DNA of 64,000 nt from Naegleria gruberi (Eukaryota): the NCBI GenBank assembly GCA_000004985.1, contig GG738857.1. One strand, 5' to 3'. This document shows positions 9,080-19,799 of this stretch, piece by piece. Position numbers and translations under genes: made by a program. Numbering within the stretch: position 1 is the stretch's first letter; every line of letters starts with the position of its first letter. A model generated the notes under the pieces. That model ran no database searches. It saw only the letters and a list, made by a program, of their open reading frames with translations, and was not told the origin of the DNA.

Positions 9080-11293
9080 ATGAGTCTCCCAAATAACAAC
9101 ACTATTAGTAGCAATTGGCAATTACCTCTTGCTTGGAAGCAACAATTTGCTCTTCCATTCGTTCAAGCTTTGGAAGCACAAGAAAAGGAAAGTCCAGACA
9201 GTGATATTTTGAATAATCCATCACTCACCGAACAACAAAAACAACAACAAATTTCTGCTCGTAACATTGATAGAAAGCAACAAAAGAGACTGAAAGCAAT
9301 CTTTAATAGATTTGCTTCATCGAAGGATACTTTTGGTGAACCAATAATGACACCAGAAGATTTTGTCAAATCAATCACACAAAGAAACATTCCTTTCACT
9401 CAAGAAGAAGTGCAACAACAACAAAAGCAAACAATGACCTCAAGTAACTTGGATTTATTGTTTAAAGCAGCAGATTCTGGTATGTCTGGTAAAATTACCT
9501 TCCCAGAATACTTGTTCCTCTTCAAAATGCTCACAACACCTGAAAGTGAATTCCATCTCTTATTTAAAATGTTTGATTTGAACAAGGATGGTGCTATCAG
9601 TAAGGATGAATTCAAGAAGGCAATGAAATTGAGTAATCAAAGAGGTATTGACTTTGATTTCGATTGTGACTTAATGCACAGATTCTTTGGTCGTGATGGT
9701 ACTGGTTCTCTGAGTTTTAATCAATTCTCACAATTCATGAAATTAATGAATGAAGAACTCAGAAGACAAGAATTCCAAAAACTTGATGCCACAGGAAAGG
9801 GTTTCATTTCCGGTTCTCAATTTGCCACTCTCATTACTCAATATTCAATTAATCTTCCACAAAGAGTTAAGGAAAATATTGGTAAAATCCCAGAATCAAC
9901 AAAGATTTCATATGCCGAATTTGATGCTTACAATAGAGTTATTAGTAATTTGAACTCTATTGCTCAATCCATTAGAGGTTTGGGTAACAGAGAAGGTGGT
10001 ATGATCACCAAGGAATCATTTTCCACTGCTGCTAGACGTGTGACAGGTATTGTCCTCAGCCCAATGGAAATTGATATTATTTTCAACATGTTTGCCACTA
10101 AGCCAGAAGAAGGAGTTTTATATAAGCAAGATTATGAAGAATTTATTCGTGTTATGGATGAAAACAATAATAGAAGACAACACATTTTGGATAGTTGGAG
10201 TAGAGATGAAGTGACACCAGATGGTATGACAGAAATGACTTTCGGAGAAAGATTTTTGAACGGAGTTGTTAAAATTGCCACAAAGACCTTGTATGGTGGT
10301 ATTTCAGGAGCTATTGGTGCTTTTGCTGTCTTCCCAATTGATATGGTCAAGACACGTATGCAAAATCAAAGAAAGCTTCTTGGTAATGCTGGAACTCCTG
10401 CTCCAAATCAAATCATTTATAAGAACAGTATTGATTGTTTTAGACAAATCTATCACTATGAAGGTATTAAGGGTTTCTATAGAGGTTTAATTCCACAATT
10501 GATTGGTGTCTCACCAGAAAAGGCCATCAAGTTGGCAACCAATGATACATTGCGTGATTTGTTCGGAAAGGAAGGTGATGAAATCTATTTCCCATTGGAA
10601 GTTTTGGCTGGTTGTGGTGCTGGTGCTTCTCAAGTTGTTTTCACTAACCCAATTGAAATTGTCAAGATTAGATTGCAAGTTCAAGGAGAATTGGCCAGAA
10701 CTGAAGGAATTGCTCCAAAAGGTGCCATTCAAATCTGTAAAGAATTAGGTTTAAAGGGTTTATATAAGGGTGCTTCTGCCTGTTTTGCTCGTGATATCCC
10801 ATTCTCTGGTATTTACTTCCCACTTTATGCCTTCTTGAAGGAAGAATTCAGAAAGGAAGGTGAAACTGCAACAAGTGGTGGCAATTTGTTTATTGCTGGT
10901 TCAATTGCTGGTGGTGTTTCTGCTGCTTCAGTAACTCCTTTCGATGTCATTAAGACCAGATTACAAGTTGAAGCTAGAGCTGGTCAAACTCAATATAGAG
11001 GTATTGCTCACTGTGCCAAGACAATCATGAAGGAAGAAGGTCCAACAGCTTTCTTCAAGGGTACTGTCCCAAGAGTTTTAAGAAGCAGTCCACAATTTGG
11101 TGTGACATTGCTTGCTTATGAAGCTCTCCATCGTTTTGTCAATGAAAAACATTCTAAACAAGAAGAAAAGGAACATCATAAGAGTTTGCCAGCTTCTGTT
11201 CCTGTTGACGAACAAGACTTGGAAAGTTTGAGACAACTCTTCTACATGAGAACACAAGGTATTTCTTCAATTCTTGGAAATGAAAAGAAGTAA
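9080..11293 (+). CDS. Calcium-binding mitochondrial carrier of the Aralar (aspartate/glutamate carrier) type, single exon
   Basis: The N-terminal half carries EF-hand loops (DLNKDGAISKDEF, DGTGSLSFNQF, DATGKGFISGSQF). The C-terminal half has three mitochondrial-carrier repeats with PIDMVKTRMQ, PIEIVKIRLQ and PFDVIKTRLQ signatures. Confidence 0.85.
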   Translation: MSLPNNNTISSNWQLPLAWKQQFALPFVQALEAQEKESPDSDILNNPSLTEQQKQQQISARNIDRKQQKRLKAIFNRFASSKDTFGEPIMTPEDFVKSITQRNIPFTQEEVQQQQKQTMTSSNLDLLFKAADSGMSGKITFPEYLFLFKMLTTPESEFHLLFKMFDLNKDGAISKDEFKKAMKLSNQRGIDFDFDCDLMHRFFGRDGTGSLSFNQFSQFMKLMNEELRRQEFQKLDATGKGFISGSQFATLITQYSINLPQRVKENIGKIPESTKISYAEFDAYNRVISNLNSIAQSIRGLGNREGGMITKESFSTAARRVTGIVLSPMEIDIIFNMFATKPEEGVLYKQDYEEFIRVMDENNNRRQHILDSWSRDEVTPDGMTEMTFGERFLNGVVKIATKTLYGGISGAIGAFAVFPIDMVKTRMQNQRKLLGNAGTPAPNQIIYKNSIDCFRQIYHYEGIKGFYRGLIPQLIGVSPEKAIKLATNDTLRDLFGKEGDEIYFPLEVLAGCGAGASQVVFTNPIEIVKIRLQVQGELARTEGIAPKGAIQICKELGLKGLYKGASACFARDIPFSGIYFPLYAFLKEEFRKEGETATSGGNLFIAGSIAGGVSAASVTPFDVIKTRLQVEARAGQTQYRGIAHCAKTIMKEEGPTAFFKGTVPRVLRSSPQFGVTLLAYEALHRFVNEKHSKQEEKEHHKSLPASVPVDEQDLESLRQLFYMRTQGISSILGNEKK

Positions 11294-11363
11294 ATATCTC
11301 AAAATGTACAGTAAAAACCCTAATTTATTTAAATTCGAATAAAAAATATTTTGAAATATTTAT

Positions 11364-12930
11364 TTACTTTTTTAAGAGAAATGCTGGTCTGGAAGGTTGT
11401 GAAAATCTTTCAAGACGATCCTTTAGTGAAGGTCTGGCATAATCTTGACATCTCTTCTTGAAGTCTTCCAATATCTTATTGGAAATCTCAATAACTTGAT
11501 TTCTATCACTCTCCTCAGTAATATCGTTTAAAATGCTGACTTGATTTTGTTGGAAATTCTCCACGAGTTGAGCAACAGCTTGATCGAAATCATCCATAGT
11601 TTTAAATTGCTTTGGACATGGATTTGATCTTCTGTGAATATCATAATAACTATTTTCCAAATTATAGTACAAACAAAGGACATTCTTATATGTTACAGAT
11701 ACTTGTTGATTATTAATTGGTCCATTCAATAATTCTTTTCCAATTGCAATTATCAATTCCTTCAAGGTTAATTGTTCAATCCAATTATGAGGAATTCCTT
11801 CAACTCCATAATAACATCCCATCAATTGACCAGCAATAGCTGCAACTGTATCAGAATCATCTCCCAAACGAGTTACCTTTTTAATTCCTTCACCAAACGA
11901 AGAAGTGTGGTAAAAATTCCACAATGCACTCTCTAAAGCTTTTGCAGAATATCCCGAGTTGGAAATTTCATCTTCATTCTTTGATTTAAAGTTGGTAATG
12001 ACATCAAGAACTTCAGCTCTCAATGGATACATTTCCCAATAATTAGAAGGCAATCCTTTTGGTACAAATGGAGTGGACGATAACAATTCTTCCTTTGATG
12101 CATTTTGTAAACAGCCAATCAACAAAGCAGCATAATATCTATTAGTATCAATTGCAATTGGTGAAGGATGTGTAGTCAAGGATGAAACACCACTCTCAGT
12201 AATTACTCTGTGAAGTAATCTTTCTTCAACAAATAGTTCAGATAATTCAATATTTGAAAATCTCTTCTTCCAATTCAAATATATACCATAAAAGTACAAT
12301 GGAATAGTTGCCAATCTCATTAAGGCACCATTTCCAGAAGCATTATCAGTCCATTCAGAAGCACTGCAAAAAGCAGCCTTATTCTTTTCATTTTTCAACA
12401 AGTGAACTATAGTTGTCTTTCCAATATCAAAACAATGTCCACTAGCTGACAAATGTCCATTATTATACCAATTCAAGAATTTGTCTTGCATATCTCTGCC
12501 ATCAATTGCACTATGAGGTATCATATCATTCACCCACATTGCATTATCCTTAGCATTATCCCACGGATAATTAACAATCAATTCATTTCCATTCGAAAGT
12601 ATTTCCTTGAATGTTCCCAATAAACTTTCGCCCTGAATAAGAGACATGGTTGTATCATCAGTAAACATGCCTTTCATTAATCTGAATTTTCCTTCTCCCA
12701 CCAAATCATCCCTTTTTTATTACAATTAAATATATTTAATATTTGATGATTTAAATATTATTTGATTGGAAGAATTTGATCGTCATGAATGAACAAATTT
12801 AATGTTCAGAATATTACAAAGGTACACACATACTTTAAATCGGAATCTTTAATTCCATGTCTAGGAATAAATTCAAATGTTGTTCCGTAAGCATCACCAG
12901 TGGCCATGCCTAATAAACATCCAAGAAATT
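11364..12930 (-). CDS. ADP-ribosylglycohydrolase family protein (ARH-like). Two exons with a 109-nt intron at 12715-12823.
   Basis: Exon 1 (12930-12824) encodes MESKFLGCLLGMATGDAYGTTFEF..., the family's N-terminal GDAxG motif. Exon 2 has the DDTTMSL and GNGALMRLA motifs. The intron runs GTATGT...AAAAAAG. Confidence 0.75.
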
Positions 12931-12990
12931 TTGATTCCATTGTTGATCAATGATGATATTAGGGTGGATGTTGTTTGTTCAATTTTTTAA

Positions 12991-13044
12991 TTATGAATAA
13001 TGAACTTGTTGTGGACCAATCATGAACATGGAACTGAGAAATTT
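12991..13044 (+). repeat. Copy A of a short dispersed upstream motif (TTATGAATAA..TGAACTTGTTG ... ATCATGAACATGGAACTGAGAAATTT)
   Basis: A near-identical bipartite sequence recurs at 19499-19575. Both copies lie upstream of minus-strand genes. Confidence 0.4.
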
Positions 13045-13124
13045 TGTTGAACTACAGTTTTTGATTCAATCAGTAGGGGGAAGACGTCCCTTATAATAAT
13101 ATTTAATTTTTCTTTGGTTCATAT

Positions 13125-13978
13125 TAGACTTCCGGAAAAAGTTTTGCTAAAAGTCGACTTTTTTAAGGTACTTTCACGCTAATTTGCAAAAAGGCGCCTA
13201 AAAGGTGCCTAAAAGGTGCCTTTTTTACCTAAAAACTACTTGAAACACATCCAAAGTTTGTTCAAGAAAATCTTGAGCAACTTTCAAACTGTTTTCAAAC
13301 AATTCCTCAAGAATGATTAATTACTTCTCAACCAAATTCTCAAAACGTTCAAGTATTTGCTGAAAAAACCCCAAGGGCCTTCAAACTTCTGAACACTCTC
13401 TTTCTTAACTATATCCTTTTCCAAAAAATCCACCAATTCCTTAAGAGATCCAAGGTTTTTGAATGTCACCATCTCGGGTCACTGTAGTTTTGATGGATTT
13501 TTTTACATCAATCACGAAATCTTTCGAAAGCTCTGGTCTTTTGGGCTCCTCAACTTTTCTTGGCATGATGATTGTTTTCTTTTTGATAAGGTTCAGGTTT
13601 TTTCTCTTTCTGGGTGGAGTGATGTTCAAATCAGATCTCTTCCTCTTCTGGATTTTTTCTTGTTTCACACTTTTTTCTTGTTCCTGTTTCATGCTTAATT
13701 CAGAATATGGTGTTTCATTAAGATTTTCTTCCACTTCCTCAACATCTTCCGTTCCATCAACAATAGAATCAGCAAGATTAGGGAACCTTTCAACTTCAGC
13801 AAATGCAGTAAAGAAAAGGTTGACATCAGGAAAAAGAAAGCTTCAATAAATGTGCAGGAAAGGTTTAAACATTTCTTGAATTATGCTCAAACAAATTTCA
13901 AAAATTGCTCAAACATTTTTCAAACCACTTTTTTAAAAAGGCGCCTTTTTATTTCTTTTTGACTTTTCCGGAAGTCTA
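13125..13978. mobile_element. Candidate non-autonomous DNA transposon or foldback element bounded by approximately 16-bp terminal inverted repeats TAGACTTCCGGAAAA(A)GT
   Basis: Left end 13125-13146 is tagacttccggaaaaagttttg. Right end 13961-13978 is gacttttccggaagtcta, its reverse complement with one indel. Subterminal GC-rich palindromes AAAAAGGCGCCT occur at 13189-13222, where the motif is reiterated three times, and once at 13937-13950. Subterminal inverted tracts of the ttgagcaa..tttcaaa type are also present. Confidence 0.45.
13441..13734 (-). CDS. Lysine-rich basic ORF inside the inverted-repeat element; coding status uncertain
   Basis: ORF of 97 aa rich in K/R/E (KRKRSDLNITPPRKRKNLNLIKKK). 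A further 42 stop-free codons follow in the +1 frame (ELVDFLEKDIVKKESVQKFEGPWGFF...). No recognisable domain. Confidence 0.3.
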   Translation of the reverse strand: MEENLNETPYSELSMKQEQEKSVKQEKIQKRKRSDLNITPPRKRKNLNLIKKKTIIMPRKVEEPKRPELSKDFVIDVKKSIKTTVTRDGDIQKPWIS

Positions 13979-14074
13979 TTGAAACTCTTGCTTTGTTTAG
14001 GTTTCCCATAATTTTATATTTTTATTTTTATTGGAAATAAATTTTTTAATATGGAAAATCAGGTCAAGTGTTTA

Positions 14075-15415
14075 TTAAGGATCACCACTTGTAACGGCAC
14101 ATCCAAAAAATTCATGTTTTCCAATCAATTGCTTTGGAATTCCCCATTCCCATAAATATTGATCTCCAGATCTTAATTCTTGCTCTCCAGAATAAATGAC
14201 AAGTAAATTTGATTGAGATGAATAGTCAACTGGATCATCATTTACATCCTCATCTATTATTTCTATATCAGAATCAAAATCCATAGAACTAAACAAGCTA
14301 AAAAAGGTAAACTTGTCATCGAATGGTGTTGAAAATTCTTCAATTTTCAAAGTATTTGGAACTTTTCCTCTTTCAGTCATTCTAGGTTGGTGAGGAACTG
14401 AATGGAATTTCATTTTGGCAGCATTGCAATAGGTACGATTTCCTTCTTGTCTCTCCAATCCACCCATTTCTTTAATTTGATTTTCTGTTATGTAAAGAAC
14501 TGGTTGTGAACTAGATCTCTTTGGTGCACAATAGGACCCATTACCTCCTCCATTAGGATCACAAAAGAAATAGAGCATTCCATTATCTTTAGGAAGAAGT
14601 GATCCAGTTCTATCATAATAAGACAAGTGTTTGATGTTGATTTGACAACCAAACATCCATTTCTTATCAAAAAGTGTTGGCCATTGATAGTTTTTTGGTA
14701 AATCAGGCCATCCACCAATTTTTGATTCTCCAACTGCAATTAAATCGTCTCCATTTCCAATAGAGTATCCAGAAGTTACTGATTCTAATGGAACTTTCCA
14801 ATAAAGTGATTCAGGTGTTACAACTTCCTTTTCTTCTTCGGTTTCTTCTTCTTCTTCTTCATACTCCTCATCTATATCATTTTTAATTATCTTAAACTTT
14901 GGATGTAACTTTTCACAATACCCTTGAGTAATTGACTCGACAGAAAAGGTCAAGTTTTGATAATCCTTAGCATTTTCACTAAATGCCTTTAAAATATTGA
15001 CATGTCCTTTTTGTCTGCATTCGTGAACTGTCGAATACTTTCCATAGGCAATTTTACAGATGAAATATTCTTTCCAGAATGCGTTTTCACTTGGAAAAGT
15101 TTCCAATAAACATTCTGGTACATCAATTGGCAGAAAGTTCAATCTATTCTTGACAACATCCTTCCAATTTACTTGATTATCAATCATAGACTTCCATCCC
15201 TTGCATACACGTCTCATCTTTATCAATTCACATCCCTCATTAAATATGAACAATTCACCAACCAATACTTCTGGTGGAATATCTTGGAGGAGTTGTCTTG
15301 TTGATTCTTTCATCTTTTTGTTTGGATTTTCAGTACTACCAACCAGTGTGCTGTTATTGACAGATCGTTTGGACATTTTTTTTGTGGTGTTATCAGTTTT
15401 GGCGCAGAAAATCAA
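14075..15415 (-). CDS. F-box-like domain protein with an acidic linker; the C-terminal region may be DUF1963-like (tentative)
   Basis: LLQDIPPEVLVGELFIFNEGCELIKMRRVCKGWKSMI resembles an F-box. There is an EEYEEEEEETEEEKE acidic tract. The C-terminal GWPDLP...LYFFCDPNGG block resembles DUF1963. Confidence 0.55.
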   Translation of the reverse strand: MIFCAKTDNTTKKMSKRSVNNSTLVGSTENPNKKMKESTRQLLQDIPPEVLVGELFIFNEGCELIKMRRVCKGWKSMIDNQVNWKDVVKNRLNFLPIDVPECLLETFPSENAFWKEYFICKIAYGKYSTVHECRQKGHVNILKAFSENAKDYQNLTFSVESITQGYCEKLHPKFKIIKNDIDEEYEEEEEETEEEKEVVTPESLYWKVPLESVTSGYSIGNGDDLIAVGESKIGGWPDLPKNYQWPTLFDKKWMFGCQINIKHLSYYDRTGSLLPKDNGMLYFFCDPNGGGNGSYCAPKRSSSQPVLYITENQIKEMGGLERQEGNRTYCNAAKMKFHSVPHQPRMTERGKVPNTLKIEEFSTPFDDKFTFFSLFSSMDFDSDIEIIDEDVNDDPVDYSSQSNLLVIYSGEQELRSGDQYLWEWGIPKQLIGKHEFFGCAVTSGDP

Positions 15416-16193
15416 GTTACAACCGGATTAATTAAGTACTCACTTTTTACCGAGTCGATTTTCCATGAATTTCTTGAAAATTGAAAAATGTAACCACACA
15501 AATTTTCACTTTCTTTTCACTTTCTTGCTTTTCTTTTCTCAGTGTTTTATTCTCCATTTCTAATTAGAAGATAAGTATCTTGGAGCTTTGTCCTAATTCT
15601 AATTTTACTTGATTTATGTCTCTATGTAACTTTTCAACATCTGATTTGAGTTGTTTCTCATTATTTTTTTTTCAGTTAATTCAGATTTCAATTTGGTAAT
15701 TAAATCTTGTTTTTCGTTTGATTTCATTATTGCTTTGTTTGATTGTTGACTCCATAATAAGAATGAAAATAAATGAAATTCCTCTCTTTTCTTGCTTTTT
15801 CCAGTTGTTTGGATTCATTATGGCAGATTGACTATTTTGCAATTTTAACAAGCCTGCATATCAAGCACTTTGATTTTAACTATACAACCCGTACAAGCAT
15901 CTGTCTTGGCCATCTTCTGGATATTGAGAGAGTACACCAATCACAGAGTGCAAGGGAAGATCTTCAGCACCTGCGGTGCTGTCAACACTTCTTCTCTAAT
16001 TGTTTAATAAAATGGAAAGAACTGAATAGTTGGACAACTAAGTGAAAGACTGTAATTTGTTGCATTAAGTTTGGACAAACTTGCGTGAAATTTCCACAAA
16101 CTATGACCAGTTACATTCTTCTTGTCATACAAGTATTGAAAATAATTTTTCAACCAACCTCTAAAACATGAAGATTGAAAGCAAAAAAGATAT

Positions 16194-16267
16194 TACCGAC
16201 AATGGGGCTCGAACCCACGACCCCAGGATTAGAAGTCCTGTGCTCTATCCAACTGAGCTATGACGGC
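16194..16267 (-). tRNA. tRNA-Arg (anticodon UCU), copy 1
   Basis: Minus-strand sequence GCCGTCATAGCTCAGTTGGATAGAGCACAGGACTTCTAATCCTGGGGTCGTGGGTTCGAGCCCCATTGTCGGTA. It has a D-arm GCTC/GAGC, the anticodon loop CTTCTAA with U33 and A37, and the T-loop GGTTCGAGCC. It is followed immediately by a T6 run, an RNA polymerase III terminator. The acceptor stem has one T-T mismatch. Confidence 0.88.
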
Positions 16268-16504
16268 TTACATTCATTGTAAAAATCAGCTTTAGATAGT
16301 GTATAATATAAACTTTATGACAAGCTGTACCGGTGATTGATGGTACTATATAATGAAATACCGAAACTAAACAGAACCTCTCTTTAACCAGTATTGTTTA
16401 AAAACTCGGAATTGAGGTTGCTTATATGGCTTAAGTATATAATCCATTTGTCTTAATTTATTATTTTATTATTTTGTGGATTTAAAAACATGAGCTTTTA
16501 CTTA

Positions 16505-19290
16505 TTAGTTTATCAATGATTGTTTCTTTTGGAGAAATGCAAGCTCAGAAATATTCAATAAATAACTCCTGTAAATAAATTTCCCATAATATTGCTCACA
16601 ACCACTCAGACCAAGGATGCCAAAATTTGGGGGGAACTTGTATTTACCATCCTTAAGATTTGCACTAAGAGGTTTGTTTGTAATAATTATAGCAAGAGAA
16701 GTATTTGGGGTTCCACCTATCAGTTCAAGTTTTGGTTCATTGAAATGATTTTGATAAATTTTCTTAACAGCAGTCATTGTTAAACTGTTTGAATCTGATG
16801 TGAAACTCTTGTCTTGCCATAAGATAGTCCAATTGTTATTATCAATATTGCAATCAGCAAATCTATGAAAAAATGAAGAGGTAAAATTATTTTGAACCAA
16901 AGTGTTCTGAGGAATCTCATATTTTGATCTAGTTACATCTGTTAAAATAGTAACAACTTTGTTTGGAAATGTGTTTAAATTAATAATCCTATACCCCATT
17001 TCTTTTTGAAACATAATTCCCTTAAATCTATCCTTGATATGCATTTGAGATACTCCTAAAATAATAAAGCAATAATTTTTTACAATTTCAAAATGTGCAT
17101 TGAAGATTTTAAAATCTCTGGAACAGGTGGTTTTTTTTTTAAATGCTGCTTTTTCAAGTGATTTAAATAATTTTTCAAAGGACGTCTTAATCTTAGGATC
17201 ATCAAATATGATAATATTTAAACAACTCAAGATCATTGGAAGAGACATTGTTATCAATCCATTAGCAATTCTTATATATCCATTATCTTCTAATTGTCTT
17301 AATTTCCTTGTATCAATTGTATCTATAATTTCAGAATTAACAGGTGTTTCTGTTAAAGTGTGGGCCAAAATTAATTTAGCTATTTCATTTTCAAAAACAA
17401 AGTTCACACCATAACTAGAAAAATTGTTCTTGGCAATGTTGTAGGCATTTTGTATTCTATCTTCAACGTTCAATGTTAATTTTGTGTCCTTCAAATTATC
17501 CAAAAACCATTCAATCATTCTAGGATGCTTGTTAATAAAAGTAAGAGCTTTCCATAACGGTGCTGCATATTTTAAAGAAGGAACATTTCTGCAAACAATT
17601 TCTAATTCGTCATCATCAGAAAATTGGTAAGGAGTAAAATAATTACTATGGAAACCTGATTCAAAAACTCTCCTTTCAAAGAAAGCCATATCTAATCCAG
17701 CAAATAATGGAAAAAGTTTAACAGAAGATGGTTTTTGGTTGTTGAGTATTACAAAATTACATATCATAGTGATAATTTCTGAAAAATTCATGTGTGGAAA
17801 CTCCTTAACTTTGGTATATTCATCAATAGCCAAATAAACAGCAACAGGTGAATCTTTTGGTTTGTTGTTAACTTCCTTCCAGTGCTGTACTATTGTCAAT
17901 ATTAACTCCTCAAAGGTAGGATTGATCTTGGCTAATTCAGATGCAATAGATGTAATGGTGTTTGTATCAAAACTTGGGAAATTTAAATATGAAAACAATA
18001 TTCTATATAAAAATCCCATTTTTAAATCATCACCAGCTCCTAAACTCATACCATTACCAAAGGAAATTCTTATTTCCAATGAATTATCTTTGTAATTTTT
18101 TTCTTGGGTGGTTAATTTGAAAATTTCTTGTAATGTCCTTGATTTTCCTAAAATATAATAAAATAATAAAATGATTATGCTAAAGTATAACACTACATAC
18201 CTGTTCCAGAAGCGTAGGCAAGGTAAGGAATAAAAATATTTTGTTTGTCTGTTTCGGTTTCTAATTTATGAAACGTTTCAGAAATTCCCTTGACAAGTTC
18301 ATCATTATATTTGAATGGCATGTCGATAATTGATCGAACTAATCTATAAGCATTTAGCCTGGCTCCATGTTTTGCAATAAAACTTGCCAATAAACTACGA
18401 TTTGAAAAATCAACATTGTCACAAGTAATTATGTACTGTTGTTTCCATCTTTCAATCACTTTCTCATTGTTGTCAGATATTTGAATGCCACTTAGTTTTA
18501 GGGATAACAAGTAGGAACTTTCGTTTTTAGTTAAATATTCTAAACTTTCGCTAATTGCTTGACTGATTTTCTCAGTTTGCCACAAATGAAAGAGTCTTGT
18601 TGTGAGTAGTTGGTATACCCAATTAACAACGGCCTCTAAAGTGGTTTGGGAAATGCTTTTGTAATCGTTGTTGTTTCTTACTTGTGTAATAGCATAATGC
18701 TTGTCCTTATCTTGGATATAAGTAACAATATTACTAAGAGCAATACCATCAAACCCAACATCATACAATTGCTTTACCTTTTCAACAATCAAACCAGCTC
18801 CACCTTTTCTTTCATCAGTGCACAACAAGGAGCAAACTTGTTCTTTTGTCCATTGTTTAAATTTTGTAGTATCCAATATTTGTTTGTTTTCAGTAGTAAC
18901 CAACGTTACTGGTTCAGAATAAATATTCTCGGAAAGAAAAGTGGTAGTAGAATAATTTTTGCAAGAATTTGTGACGGCAAAAACATGCTTCGTTCTATAA
19001 TGATTGTTTTTGTTTTTTGTTGGATGAATTTGATTTTGCATCTTTAATCTGGTTGAGGTTGAATAATTCTTTGTATTACTAGTATCATTATGCAAATAGA
19101 TGGTGCAACTAATACCGACAGAGGTTTGCCTCAACTTTTGTTGATTAATTGCGGTTTTGGGCAATAGTAAAAGCTTTCGAGGGAGACAGGAGGTGGATAT
19201 TTTTTTTTTGACTCGGAAAAAATTCAACAACTTAGGATGATTATTGTTGATTTTCAGAGTGGTTTCTCTTGGTGAGTACTTTTCCATCAT
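16505..19290 (-). CDS. Large SAM-domain-containing protein of unknown function. Two exons with a 53-nt intron at 18148-18200.
   Basis: ORFs 18193-19290 and 16505-18193 join through a minus-strand intron GTATGTAGTG...TTTTAG, reading ...AYASGT|GKSRTLQEIF. A SAM-like segment WTKEQVCSLLCTDERKGGAGLIVEKVKQLYDVGFDGIAL is present. Confidence 0.6.
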
Positions 19291-19498
19291 GAAGTGTGTT
19301 ACTTGGAGTTTTATGGAACAGACGGATAATCCATTTGTTAGAAAGGTAGAACTGGAAGATCACAAGAGGCAAGATTGCCAACTTATCAGTTTTACCACAA
19401 GAATACCTATTATTAGTATTTTTACTTCATCAACTCGAATATTCTAGTACCACTGTTTAAATCACCACATCTGAAAAATCACAAAAAAGAACTATTTA

Positions 19499-19575
19499 TT
19501 ATGAATAATTGATGAACTTGTTGAGAAGAAAAGCTACTTCTCGATCATGAACATGGAACTGAGAAATTTATTGAA
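19499..19575 (+). repeat. Copy B of the dispersed upstream motif
   Basis: ttatgaataattgatgaacttgttg ... atcatgaacatggaactgagaaattt matches 12991-13044. This copy carries an extra palindromic insert gagaagaaaagctacttctc. Confidence 0.4.
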
Positions 19576-19799
19576 TGTTTACAATGATATTAAAATTGTC
19601 AAGCATATATTCAATAATATTGTAAATTAAATTTGTAATGTAATTTGAATTGGTTCACTTTTAATGTTTCGTTCAAAATTCTTGTTGAAAAATTCAAAAA
19701 CAATTCAAAAAAATTAAAACAATTTCAACTCCGAAAACTGTTGATAAACCATTTTGATAATAATCGTTTCCATCATCATCACATTATCATCGGAAGAAA

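Noticed and set aside
13459-13849. Plus-strand ORFs (79 and 128 aa) inside the inverted-repeat element
   Set aside because: They overlap the minus-strand K-rich ORF and are hydrophobic and low-complexity (FFLFLFHA...). They are more likely shadow ORFs, and coding status for the whole element is uncertain anyway.
15965-15981. Perfect 7-bp-stem hairpin cagcacc-tgc-ggtgctg in the spacer between the F-box gene and the first tRNA
   Set aside because: It is short and isolated. It could be a chance palindrome or a minor terminator-like structure. There is no flanking conservation or repeat context to support calling it a functional element.
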